Source of the DNA: Coniocarpon cinnabarinum
Taxonomy: Eukaryota
NCBI GenBank assembly: GCA_051942205.1
Contig: JAVECO010000053.1
Span: forward strand, 62,001 to 124,166
Direction of reading: 5' to 3'
Length of the DNA: 62,166 nt
Shown here: positions 36,893-48,182 of the stretch, in pieces
Position numbering within the stretch: position 1 is the stretch's first letter
Layout: the number at the start of each line of letters is the position of its first letter
Notes under the pieces: model-generated
Told to the model about the DNA's origin: nothing
The model's input: only the letters and a program-made list of their open reading frames with translations
The model's database searches: none
Position numbers and translations under genes: made by a program

Positions 36893-39185
36893 ATGGCAAG
36901 TGTTGAGTCACCAAAGACGCCGGATCAAGCGCCAGTGCAAAAGCGTTGTCCGTTGAGAGGACTTCCTGAGGAGATTCTCCAGCCGATTATTACCCTCATT
37001 CACGAGAATAGGTACGTGTGTGGCACAGGTCTCGAGATTACAAGATTACGCATTTGCGTTGCGCAGAGTGCAGCATAAGCGGCATCTTCAGGAGAAGGAA
37101 CGGTTGTTATGGGATGCTAGACAGACTTGAAAGCTATTGATTCTAAAGTCAAGACCCCTTACAAGACAAGGCAAAAGTAGCGATCTACCGCCGCGACACC
37201 TTGGTTTGAGAGCGCTGGCCGACATGAGGTATCCATGTCGTGGTTATTCACGCGCTAACTTCTTGATATTTAGCACCTCCCGCAAGGATGGCGGTCCCTA
37301 CGCCAATCTTGCACCCTTATCACTCACCTGCAAGCACCTGCGCTCACGATGTATGCCCGATCTGTACGAGAAGATCACATTACGAGGGGAAACGCACGAG
37401 GTTGCGAACAAGGTCGCAAGCGGTATGAAGTCCCAGAATGTCAGAGACTTCCTGGTCCATACGAAGTAAGTTCTCCATACGCGTGAGACCGCCTGTGCGC
37501 TCGTTACCAACCAGCTAATGCAGATAGAACACTCAATATACACTTCCGCGATCCAGGCTTCACGCCCAAGTCTCAGCCTCTTCTCGAATCCTTGACATCG
37601 GATAGATTAGAGGCAGTTGCCATCAAACAGCGTGACAAATTTTTCCACGCCCTAGAGTCCATTTTGAACCAAACCACTAATGTTGAGACTCTGTCATTTG
37701 ATTTATATACAAATCGACAACTCGACACTCTCCAGCAAACGCGCCAGTGTCTGGACCTGGGTGTGCTGCGCTTAGTTGATTTCCGAGATAAGCTTCCGAA
37801 GCTGAAACTGTTGAAGACGTACCAGGCTCGGCCAGCGCGAGACCGTGACCCTCGCAGTGGTGGTAAGTTTGCAGTTGCTTACTGTATAGACCCTCCTGCA
37901 CAGCTGCTGTGACTACTACTTTTCAACGATTTTTCTACCCGGAGAGCAGCATAGCAGATCCAGGCAGTATACTGACACCAAACTGCAGGTCTCGACATTC
38001 GCAAATCCCTCCTCCAAATCTTCGGCAAAGGCATCGAAACCCTCCACATCGCCGGCCCGCCCTTCATCGGCTCCAGCAATCCTCTCCTCACCGATTGGAT
38101 CACCAAGCCCGAAAAGCTGCACGAGTTACGTCTCGAGACCTTCTGGGAGGTCAACATGGTGCAGAGTATCACGCAGAGCCGTTCGAACCTCACGAGTCTC
38201 GGGCTTGCTGGGTGGTACTCGTCGCAAAAGCCGTGGGAGGAGCGCGCCGATGAACTGCACAACTTTCTGCCCGCGCTGCGGTCGCTCCCGCAGTTAGAAA
38301 AGCTGGAGCTTCCGAGGCTGTGCCATGAGATGCAAGGTGCTCTAGCGGAGCGAGGAGGAGCTTCTACTAGCAGTGAGGTACGTCTGTTGGCTATACAGAT
38401 CTCAATCCAAGATGGAACCGCACTGGCCTTCCAAAATCCAGGAGTCAAACGTCTAAGAACGCGCTTTTGCCGTCTGATCATCTGTGAGATATTTGCTAAC
38501 ACCTACTCTGATAGGAAACGCTCGCCCTTCACCACAGCAGAGACAACACCAGCAGGGCTAAACTACGTGATCAAGTCCATCTGGAAGCAAACGTTGCATT
38601 CAAAAGTCTACCAAAGCTCAAAGGTACGCCAGTGATCCTCATGACTCTCCACTTACTGCTGCGACGACTGCAGGACACAGCATTTCGCACACGCCAATGC
38701 TAACGCCGCACCAGGCATGAGAATAAAAGGTTTCTCTCACTATCGGGACCCTCACATGTCCGTCATCTGGCACCGCCGTATGCGCTTCGAAGTTGCTCGA
38801 GTTGATCCTGTAAGTTTCTGCTACCTACCTACATCCATTTCAGCTTTGGCTCGTCTGTCCTTCTCATCTCCCCTTGGTCAAATCTTTGAATGGGAATCGA
38901 GATTGACTTAGGAAATGCAGAATGATCCCACGAAAATGCAGCAGTGCGAAACCGAAGAACAAACGTGGCGAAGTCGCAGCGTCAAGGAATTCGAAAGACA
39001 GATTTTAGGTATAGGATTTACTTGATTCATGCAACATGTTCGTACGCATCGACCTGATTGGCCACGGAGATATGACGGGAAATTACGTTACAATCTATAG
39101 AGTACCTGAGGAGGTTTTAGACGACGAATTCTGGACTGACATGAGGTATACGGCGGCGTCAGGCGAATCAGAGACCATGCGTTAG
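36893..39185 (+). CDS. F-box protein with LRR-like C-terminus, ~8 exons; last exon uncertain (alternative stop ~39025)
   Basis: LRGLPEEILQPII ... LAPLSLTCKHLR...PDLYEKITL; LPQLEKLELP, LPKLK. Predicted introns 37012-37273, 37466-37527, 37863-37988, 38378-38514, ~38624-38714, ~38810-38920 and ~39009-39069 keep the frame. Confidence 0.7.
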
Positions 39186-39651
39186 GATCTTGAGGTATAC
39201 TTGGTTTGTCTACGCGTCATGCGTCTGATGAGGGTGAAGATGCTAGGTTTTACAATCGTATCCGTGATGTAAGCCCATTTCAAGAATGATAGAACATGAT
39301 GACACATGAGAAGACATCGCATAGATTCTAGGTTCCTTACGGCAAGAGTCTCAAACAGCACTTACTCGATGTCAATTGCTGCGTTATAAACACACAAGAG
39401 TCCTTCGCCGTCCTACTCACTGCTTTACACCCCTGAATATCTTGTTTAAACGCCTCAAAGTCAAACATGCGCTGTATCAGTACTTCCAAGCTTCTTTTCC
39501 AACCTTCCTTTTCTAAATATATCTGTGTTTGATATATCTACGTTTGTCTACACTTGTTCGCATATGCACTCGATCGGTCACTCAGCCGAAAGAATCGGAA
39601 GAATGGGAAGAACCGAAAGAGTCGAAAAAAAAAAAAGGAAAAGAAAAACGG

Positions 39652-39696
39652 GGTATCACAAACACAGCCTTCTCAAACGTCGCGTTTGTTCTCAAC
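39652..39696. repeat. Conserved upstream block, array unit A
   Basis: GGTATCACAAACACAGCCTTCTCAAACGTCGCGTTTGTTCTCAAC; 42 of 45 positions match 40965-41008. Confidence 0.85.
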
Positions 39697-40313
39697 AATC
39701 TCACTTCTCGCGCATATGGAGGTGCTGGCTTTCAAACGCTGACCAAACGCTGAGTTCCGAATAGCCGTGCGAACCAGCGTGCGGACCAGCGAGTTGGCCA
39801 CGCGTTTCTATTGTATCACTGCCTCGAAGCTGCTGTGTCGCTGCTTCATTGCTGCGGTGTCACTGCCGCGTTACTAGTCTGTTGGAGTCTATGGGAAGCT
39901 GATAGGTTAGCTTTGGTGGCAAGGGTGGCAAGGGTGGCGAAAAGCGTGATGCTTGACATCTTGGAAGCAATCTGCGCCTTGCCAGCTTTGTCATCGTGCT
40001 TCTATTTGGACTTATGATGCATTGGTTTGCAAGGTGCTTATGAGGCTAAGAGCACAATCTGGGCGTAGGCAAATGAGCATGATGCGTTTGCACGTTCTGG
40101 TCCGCGCGCTTTTCGAAGATCTTTCTGCTCCTGAAAATCATCCAGTGAGTTGTTGGCACTGCAACCGTCAATCATTCGTTACGTTGTCGTAAAGCGTGAC
40201 CATCGTAAGGCCTATTCTTTCGATTTTTGACGAGGACTTTGCACTCAGCAGATTGACTCCCAATATCAGATTTTCTTCACCTTCTCGCCCCAACCTCGAT
40301 CCGCACCGTCCCC

Positions 40314-40730
40314 ATGACGACCATGGACGTAGACCGAGCCGGACCAGAAGACTACACAATCCATATCACATTCACAGCCCTCGCCAACGACCAGGTCAAA
40401 TACCAAGCATGGAAATCCCACCTCCTGAGTCTCATGGCGCGCAAAGACTGGCCAGCCCACTACAAGAAATGCACAGAAGACAAGGCAAACCATCGGTTTG
40501 TTTTATATTGCGACGACGCGGAAAACACGACCGATGAAACTTCCTCGTTTCCGCTGACAGAGGTTGCTCGTATTCTGCGTGGCCGTGGCTTCGATTGCAA
40601 AGACGACGGCCCCGATTGGGAGATTTTCCCGGTGTGTGACCGGCCTCTGTCTGAATTTCAGAACGGGGATGAGGAAATGGATGAGGATAGTGAGGAGGGT
40701 CCTGAGACAAAGAAGCAGAGGACGGGTTGA
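40314..40730 (+). CDS. Small acidic orphan protein, array member A (138 aa)
   Basis: Shares IxIxF / W..HL..LM....WP..Y / IL...GF skeleton; ends KKQRTG. Predicted 5'-UTR intron 40145-40269. Confidence 0.75.
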   Translation: MTTMDVDRAGPEDYTIHITFTALANDQVKYQAWKSHLLSLMARKDWPAHYKKCTEDKANHRFVLYCDDAENTTDETSSFPLTEVARILRGRGFDCKDDGPDWEIFPVCDRPLSEFQNGDEEMDEDSEEGPETKKQRTG

Positions 40731-40964
40731 ACAGCACTGTCCACCGCATTAATTCAATGCCTTCCAAAGCATTTCGCCCTTCGCCGTTCTACCTATAGAT
40801 ATAACCACCTCACTACCCTAATCCCAAAGGCTCAGAGCCAGAGATGTACAGCAACAGCACTTCTAAGCCTCTTTCCAAAGAAACATCTGTGTTTGTGATT
40901 GTAGCGTCTGGTGTTCGCACTTGCAAACTCGTTCGCAGAGGCACTCGACCACATAAATAGAAAA

Positions 40965-41008
40965 GGCATCACACACACAGCCTTCTCAACGTCGCGTTTG
41001 TTCTCAAC
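40965..41008. repeat. Conserved upstream block, array unit B
   Basis: Near-identical to 39652-39696 and the same distance (~660 bp) from the downstream ATG. Confidence 0.85.
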
Positions 41009-41628
41009 TCCAGGCGCTGACGTTCGCATAGCCGCTGTAATCGGCTGTTAGTCGTGAGTCGCTGCTTCATGACGGCAGTGTCACTGACTGTGAGATTTGA
41101 TACGCCGGCTCCTGGCGGCGAATTGTGCGATGCTGAGAATCTTGCACGCAATAAGCACCTCTTCGCGGACGCTTTGGTGTTGTCGGATTCTGGGCGTTTG
41201 TGTTGCAGGGGGCGTCGTGATGCCTTGGTTCTTGTGGTCCGCTTGAGGCTCTGCTGTGAAACAACCAGGCGTGCGGAGCAGGCTCGTGATGCGCTTGAGG
41301 CTCATGAAGCGGAGAAGGCAGAGAGCACAATGCGGAGCAAGCTCGTGATGAGGAGGAGGCTGAGAAGTCGTCGTTTGCGCTTTGTGAGATCCTGAAGATT
41401 ATAAGAACCTTGCTCTTGCGCGCTTTTCGAAGATCATTCTGCTTCTTCAGAACAGAAAGCTCGATCGTCTATTACGACTTCCGATTGTTCGTCAAGTTTC
41501 TGTAAGAATCTCTTGGAATACATCGCTGTGAGTGTTTCGACCTTGGATGTGATCATGGATTGACACAGGCTGAGTGACTGACTGCTGATACTAGATCGAA
41601 AACTATCTATCATTTCAAGCCCATCACC

Positions 41629-41997
41629 ATGTCCGACAACTCCGTCATCCGCATCGACTGGTCCAGCTTCGAAGAAAACTCCCTCAAAGACAACAGATGG
41701 ACAGCACACCTGCAAATGATCTGCAGCCAGCCGCTCTTTCCGAACGAGTACTCCAAGTGCGAAAAGAAGGGCAACGCGTACCACCTGAGCAAAGACGATC
41801 CCGACGCCATGGACGAAGACGATGCGTTCGATACGGCGACCGCCCTCCTCCAACAGAATGGCTTCCGGGGCTCTGGAACGGATTATGGACCGGGGTCTGA
41901 TACCTTCGAGGAGGGCTTTTATGACATTGATGGGAATGAAGTCGGTGAGAGTGGGCCTAATGTGACGGAGGATGGGAAGAAACAGCGGGTTGGATAG
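41629..41997 (+). CDS. Small acidic orphan protein, array member B (122 aa)
   Basis: IRIDW / W.AHL......FP.EY.KC / A.ALL..NGF; ends KKQRVG. Predicted 5'-UTR intron 41528-41594. Confidence 0.75.
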   Translation: MSDNSVIRIDWSSFEENSLKDNRWTAHLQMICSQPLFPNEYSKCEKKGNAYHLSKDDPDAMDEDDAFDTATALLQQNGFRGSGTDYGPGSDTFEEGFYDIDGNEVGESGPNVTEDGKKQRVG

Positions 41998-42707
41998 GCG
42001 TGTGTTTGTAAGTTGGCGATTAACAGCACCTACCATGACGCTGATTCCATTGCTCGGAAAGGGATGAAGTGCTTTCGCCGCCCTACCCACACCATCAGTA
42101 CCCCTAATACTATGATCAGAACTGCTGCGACAACGAAACAGCTGAACAGCACTTTCCTCCACCTTAATTCAACGCTTTTTTATGCGTTAAGGTCTTTCGC
42201 CGACCTATCCACATTTTTGAATCCCCTAATTTCGTAATGGCAGCTGCTGAAGGTTCAGAATCTGAGCTCTCACTTATTTGACATTCATTATACTATCTCA
42301 CTGTTTCATAATGGTGAAAACCATGATGATGATATTCATCTTCACTCTTGACACCGCTGTGAGCCGGCTTGCGTCATGTGGTCGATCCCGTGTTTTCAGT
42401 TCCATTGCAAGCTCAAACGGAATTGAGGCGCCGAACAGTTGCGAGGCTGTGCTGTCTTCGTTTGCTAGTATGATTGCGTCGATGTCGACCTGTTCGCATG
42501 AGCGTGTTTGCATGGCGATTACAAAAACCCGCTTTGACCTGCTCTTCTTCACTCTTTCTTGATTTTCTTCAAACAATCCGCCTCAGGGAGCAACGTCAGT
42601 GCACTGATTGTATGCAATACCCATTTTGACGATCATCCAAGTAAGTCATGGCGATTCTTCTAGAAGCCAGCGCTGATATGGTGCACGGGTACACAAGAAA
42701 CTCGACA

Positions 42708-43205
42708 ATGTCCACTATACGCGAAAGGGTCTACGGACCCATCTCGCAAGCCCCACCCAAATACTTCTACATATACTTCAAGTCCCTCAAAAGCAAAGGG
42801 GCCATAGAATCCCTCCGCATCCAAAGGAGGCAACACCATTTCATCAGAAAATTGATGAGAAACGCCCTCTGGGGTGAGACGTACACAAGGATCACCTTTG
42901 ACGGGGACGGCTCGCGTGCTCTGGTGGAAGCCCCCTACGCCGATGGCTGGCAACGCGCTTTGTCTCGGAATCCGACCAAACTTCTCACAGACAATGGGTG
43001 GAAATTCTTCGCTGGAGAAGAATATCCACGTTTTGAGCCGAAAGATTGGGATATGACTCCTGTGGAGATTGATCAAGGCGGCGTCGAGTTAGACCTTGGG
43101 TGTTGGGGCTGTTTTGAAGATCACTATGAGCGCACGTATGAGGTTCTTCACCTTGCTAATCACGGGCGCCCGGGGCCTCTGATATGGGAGAGAACACGAG
43201 GATGA
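42708..43205 (+). CDS. Small orphan protein, array member C (165 aa)
   Basis: FYIYF / FI.KLM....W..TY / LL..NGW..F.PK. Predicted 5'-UTR intron 42641-42697 (GTAAGT..CTGAT..AAG) favours ATG 42708 over 42648. Confidence 0.65.
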   Translation: MSTIRERVYGPISQAPPKYFYIYFKSLKSKGAIESLRIQRRQHHFIRKLMRNALWGETYTRITFDGDGSRALVEAPYADGWQRALSRNPTKLLTDNGWKFFAGEEYPRFEPKDWDMTPVEIDQGGVELDLGCWGCFEDHYERTYEVLHLANHGRPGPLIWERTRG

Positions 43206-43571
43206 GAAACGGATGCAGTTGTCGGGCACGGGAAGAAGTAATCATTCATGGCTCACATCTTTGTTTGCTTGCTGTTAGAACCACGATTGTTTCTTAAAAT
43301 CGATTGATAGCCCTTGCGAAGTCGGTGTTCGAGGTACGGCGCCGTAGATTAGCAGCATGCAGTTAGAAGTTTCAAAGTCCACTCTTCCCTTGTACGTAAG
43401 CACGACATATGCTTCATGGTGTTTGACACAATGGGTCCGTCGTACAGAGACTTCATCGACTACCACTTTGTACCGGTGGTGTTTGGGCTTCAGGAGACAC
43501 AAGCCCTCTTCACAGCGTCATTTGCCGGATCTCGGGTCAAGGAGCCGGTCAGTGATCGTGTTGAACTGGAG

Positions 43572-43707
43572 TCTCAAGTATCACAAAGCACAGCCCAGCG
43601 CAGCCATCTACAGCGTTTGCACTTCCCCACCAAATTCGATCTCAACAGATGCCTGACTTTCTGCGAACAACCTCAGCCTCCGGAGTAGCGTCAAAGGCGC
43701 ACGGGTT
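43572..43707. repeat. Conserved upstream block, array unit D
   Basis: TCTCAAGTATCACA..GCACAGCCCAGC..CATCTACAGCGTTTGC..TGCGAACAA..TAGCGT..AAGGCG; aligns with 45226-45353. Confidence 0.8.
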
Positions 43708-44389
43708 TTGGACCGGGGTTGACTCATGAGCTCTTGTGTAGCCCAATTGAACGGACGTTGATACGCTCGCAAACTGTAAACGCTGCAACTGGAGATGCTG
43801 TATACTGCGTCAGCCGGATCTTTGGCATCGCTGCCGCGGTGGCAAATGCACACTGCATGATGAGCCACGTGTCGGCTTTGATGCAGCTGTTGTGCACCCC
43901 AACCCACAGTCTTTTGATACGTTCACATCCTCGGAATTGCCGCGGTGGTGGCTGCTTTGTCGCTGCATCAGCCAGGCTTGCGCATCCCGGAGCCTCATTG
44001 CCGCGATGGCGAATGCGCCCCTGACAAAGGCCATGTCGCAGCCTTCGCTTATCCTTTTGTACACCCAGAATCAATGCGATCTGATACGCTCGTATATTGC
44101 AGACGCTGTGATAGTCAACTCGAACTCCTCGGTCCGATCGGACTCATGTCTTCGAGTGCTTCATTGCCACTCTTTGGCAAACACCCACACAGTTCCACAG
44201 CACCCTGAGCACTAGCCTCGAATGTACTTATTATTGAACATAAGTATCTCCCTTGCCACGACTGTCTTGCCAACTTTTCAGAATCCATCAAAACCACTCG
44301 TTCCAGGCTGAGCCAAACGCCATCCATCTCCTTGATCTGACTATTAAACCTTAAGTTCTAGGACGTGTCAACCCCACAAATCAAGCAGT

Positions 44390-44797
44390 ATGACAGATCG
44401 GAACGAGACCTCAAACGCTGGCTCGGACGCTAGTTCGGATACAGACTCGGACAAAATATGTATAAAGTTCAATCAGCTGAGCAACCCCAGACGAGCCAGG
44501 TACGAGAGTATTCTGGATGAACTTATGATGCTTGTCGGATGGCCCTGGGAATACGGCACGGCTCACAAAACCGCAGCAGGCGATTGGATCCTTGATGACG
44601 ATGACGATGACAGCGAACAGCCCCATGACCCAAGGGCACATGGCTATGCCTGCGGCCTCCTTGAAGCGCACGGTTTCGTCAAGGTTTCAGACTCGCCAAC
44701 CACATATAAACCGAAGTCGAATGAAGATCCACCTAGAGAGGTCGCCGAGAGGAATGTCCCTAATGGTGTTCCCCATACTAGTGGCGAGGAGGATTAA
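44390..44797 (+). CDS. Small acidic orphan protein, array member D (135 aa)
   Basis: ICIKF..L / L.ELM....WP.EY / A.GLL..HGF..Y.PK. Branch site plus acceptor (CTGAC..TAG, 44337-44361) upstream of the ATG. Confidence 0.7.
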   Translation: MTDRNETSNAGSDASSDTDSDKICIKFNQLSNPRRARYESILDELMMLVGWPWEYGTAHKTAAGDWILDDDDDDSEQPHDPRAHGYACGLLEAHGFVKVSDSPTTYKPKSNEDPPREVAERNVPNGVPHTSGEED

Positions 44798-45225
44798 TGC
44801 ACAGGTATCGATACTTTTGTGAGGACGGAGTCAAGAACGATGGGCCGATTTCTGACTTATTTTTGGAACTGCCAAGTACGATTAGACGTTGATGCCTTTG
44901 TATAGCGGAACTTGGTGTCAGTAGAGACGGCGTCAAGCAGGCGCATTTAATGTGGTGGAGTGGAGAATCCATGTCTTCATACTTGTTAGAACCACGACGC
45001 TCATTCCTAGACACAAAATGATAAACCTTGCTATGCCACGGCTTCTTTTTTTGAAACCCAACAGTCCTACTCAGTGTATCGGCAGCACCCACAGGCAGGA
45101 GCTTCACGCACTGGGTTTCGTCGCACAAGAACTTGCCTTTAATTACCTCCCATAATGAAGTCATTGATGTCTGCGCTTAGGAGCCGCGAGGCGTTCCCCA
45201 GGATGTCGATTGCCGGCTTCCGCGC

Positions 45226-45353
45226 TCTCAAGTATCACAGCAGCACAGCCCAGCAGTGTCATCTACAGCGTTTGCTTTTTCTTACTCAGCTTTATCCCAA
45301 CAGGTGCGTGACGCAGTGCGAACAAGCCTACTAGCGTTGAAGGCGTGCTGGTT
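45226..45353. repeat. Conserved upstream block, array unit E
   Basis: Homologous to 43572-43707 (offset 1654). Confidence 0.8.
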
Positions 45354-45946
45354 GCGCATTAGAATTGGCTCGCAAGTTGCAAACGCTGCGACTGTCAGCG
45401 CTGTATGACCAAATTAGCCGGATTTGTACCTCCAAGTCCAAGGGCATCGCCTCCAGGATGACGAATACACACCGAACAAATGCCATGATCCAGCCCTCGG
45501 TCTAGTTTGTGCGCCCCAACTAAGCCGGATGTGAGACAGCCACAGGCTATGGTATCCAGCTGTGAAAGGCTGGATCGGCCGATCGAGTCTCTTCTAACCC
45601 ATTTTCGCCGCTTTGACAAACACACGCCCAGTTTCACAATGGCTGGGCATGAGTTGCGGCTGTGCCGCTCGATCATTATAAATAGTTGTCTTGCTGCGAC
45701 CCTTTTGCTTGATTTTCAGTATCTGCTTCACCACAGTCCCTCTTGGATCGTTTGTAACAGGAGTTCTTCTTGTCAGCAGCACATCAACATCTGTCTATCA
45801 GACCAAGGCTCTGCTGGAAGCTGAGGTTCGTCGTTATCGTGATTCTCAAGGGAGCTTGAGCTAACGTGATACTACTACCATCAGCCTTTGCCTAATTTTA
45901 TCAGCACCTACGGCGTTTCAAGTCTGCCCGTGTGACAATTCCAAAT

Positions 45947-46399
45947 ATGGAGACTCAAGGGGATCCTGAAAAGGATACTAGCGCAGTCAGAGTCATGCTG
46001 TGTGATGACCAAAACAATCCACTCACCGGGGACTTATTGGATAAGTGGACAGCCTTCGTCGATAAAATGACTCGCAACCACCACTGGCCGAAGCTGTTCA
46101 ACAAATGGAGGGCTGTTCAAGGGTACCCTGACAATCAAGACGCAATACAGGAAGTGTATGCTCAGAAGCCCGGTGATTTTCTAGGTGAGATGGAGTGGGA
46201 GTCCGACCGCAATGATGTATGTTGCTTCATCAATGGCAACAACTTCGAGAGATGCGACCCCAAGGACGCACCGCAGTATTGGTATCGGCCAAAAAACGCG
46301 AATGGAGTGCCTGAAAAAGTCATGTGGAATAATGCGGACGTGACTAAGATTGACAGGGAGGAAGGCTCGGGGTACGCTGAATGGAAGAAGACTGAGTAG
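45947..46399 (+). CDS. Small orphan protein, array member E (150 aa)
   Basis: VRVML / WTAFV.KM....WP..F.K / FI..NNF..Y.PK. Predicted 5'-UTR intron 45826-45884 (GTTCGT..GCTAAC..CAG). Confidence 0.7.
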   Translation: METQGDPEKDTSAVRVMLCDDQNNPLTGDLLDKWTAFVDKMTRNHHWPKLFNKWRAVQGYPDNQDAIQEVYAQKPGDFLGEMEWESDRNDVCCFINGNNFERCDPKDAPQYWYRPKNANGVPEKVMWNNADVTKIDREEGSGYAEWKKTE

Positions 46400-48182
46400 A
46401 TCGTGCAGCTCTTGTCTGTCAACGTTGTTGAATACGACTCTCACTTCTGAAACGCCTGTGCAGAAAGGCGTACTGACACTCATTTCGGTTTCGAACGGTC
46501 ACGTTTCTCAGCACGTTCCTTAGGTAGAACTTACTGGCTCTTTCTTTAGACAGAAGTCCTCTGCCAGCATTCATCATAGCAGATTATTAGTTAACGTCAG
46601 CGCCCTGACCCAACCATCGCATCCGTGTGAGTCTCTGATAGTGCCTGTGCAGCGTTTGTTGTGAGGTTTGCAATCATAAAGCTTGTCGCCATTACGGAAG
46701 ATGATGGATTGTCCATGCCGAAAATGATCTCTTTGACCAGCGCTCTCGGTCTTTCACATGGACACGAAGCTGCACCTTCAGTCTATCAGCAGCTTTTGAT
46801 GGGTTTCAAAGAAGCATGGCAGCACACGCTGCTACTAGCAGATGATGCGTCTGTCACGGCCACTCTGCCAAACATGTTTTGCAGCGCTCCTGTCATGTGT
46901 CAACAAAAGGAGAACTGTGCTCAGAGATCAACGATTTCCAGCTGCATGGCCAGGCAACCCAAGCATCGTTGAGTACCGCTCGTCTCACACACTCTACACG
47001 TCAAAACACAACGGAAAAATAATACCGAAATGCACCGACCACTCATGTTCACGACAACAGCCATGAATCGAGTACCCACATCCCCTCACAAACACCTCAG
47101 CAAACAAGGAGAGCATCTTACTCGTCAGCATCACCTGCAGTAGTACAAGCGTCACACCAAGCCCTGCGAAGAGCCAAACCCACAGCGCTAATGCCCAAGT
47201 TCGCGAATGCGCACTACGCGGCAAAGAACCTAACCTTCGCCCGGGTACAAGCAGCCGCATAAGCCACACAGCGTCTGTCATGTTGTAACCATCACCCGCG
47301 CGTCAAGTGACAAGCACACCATCGTAGTCTGCATCCGTGCCGTGACCACCCCTCCTCTGCGACCTTCCGCAAGGGAATGTGGCCATCGCTTGCATGGAAG
47401 GGCACAGCGATGTCAATGAAACGGTGTCATGGCAGGCATGTGGCGGCTTGATTTTCAATCGAAAAGAGGTCGAACGCGGATGAAAGGGGAAGATACGACG
47501 TGCCCAAATGAGCGAAGCGCTATACCTAAGATCTCCATCACGTGACTTTGCTGCTTGGCGTGAGAATGGTCAACAGAAAGGGGTACGTTGGTCAAGGACG
47601 AGCGAACACAGAAAGAGGCGATATGAAAAAGACACGAAGAGATTTCAAACGAGTGATCGTATTGACTGTACTACAACTACTACCACCACCTCCCACAACG
47701 ATCGACAATTAGCGCAGAGCACTCTTCCTCCACCGCCACAATCCAGTAAAACCCTTCAAAAGGCCTTCGGAGCTCTTCCTGGCCAAGTTCGTTCGTCAAG
47801 CGACCGTGAGATGAAAAAGAACTCCATATTGAACTGAACCACCTGAAAACCCGATAGTAAAACACCATGATGTTGTGAATGATTGATAACCTCATTGTAC
47901 ATGGTCCGTCTGAGGACTCAGAACATTGCAGCAGACGACCCACCGCGACACAGTCAAGAGCGCTCGCCTCATTCCCTTCAGACCACATTCACTCGAGCGG
48001 AATCAAGCTTGCCGTCGCGCTAAGGAAGCGCGCCAGTGCAAGGCAGGTGCATCGCGACGAAGAGAATGTGGTCGAAGGAGGTTTGGCAGGCTGCTGGAGA
48101 AGATGGTGCGGTGGTTGTTGCGCTAAGTGGAGAGTCTAGAGACGGAACCAAATATGCGAAGAGAACGAGAGGGCATGAGGAA

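Noticed and set aside
41054..41395. 113-aa ORF in array spacer B with a short internal repeat
   Set aside because: Non-ATG start and no equivalent frame in homologous spacer A.
39652..45353. Array repeats as CRISPR, LTRs or TIRs
   Set aside because: Eukaryotic context, kb-scale spacing, and no cas, transposase or RT genes or target-site duplications.
46661..46972. Possible sixth array gene after a CAGCGTTTG at ~46650
   Set aside because: ORF lacks the shared skeleton and the rest of the upstream block is absent.
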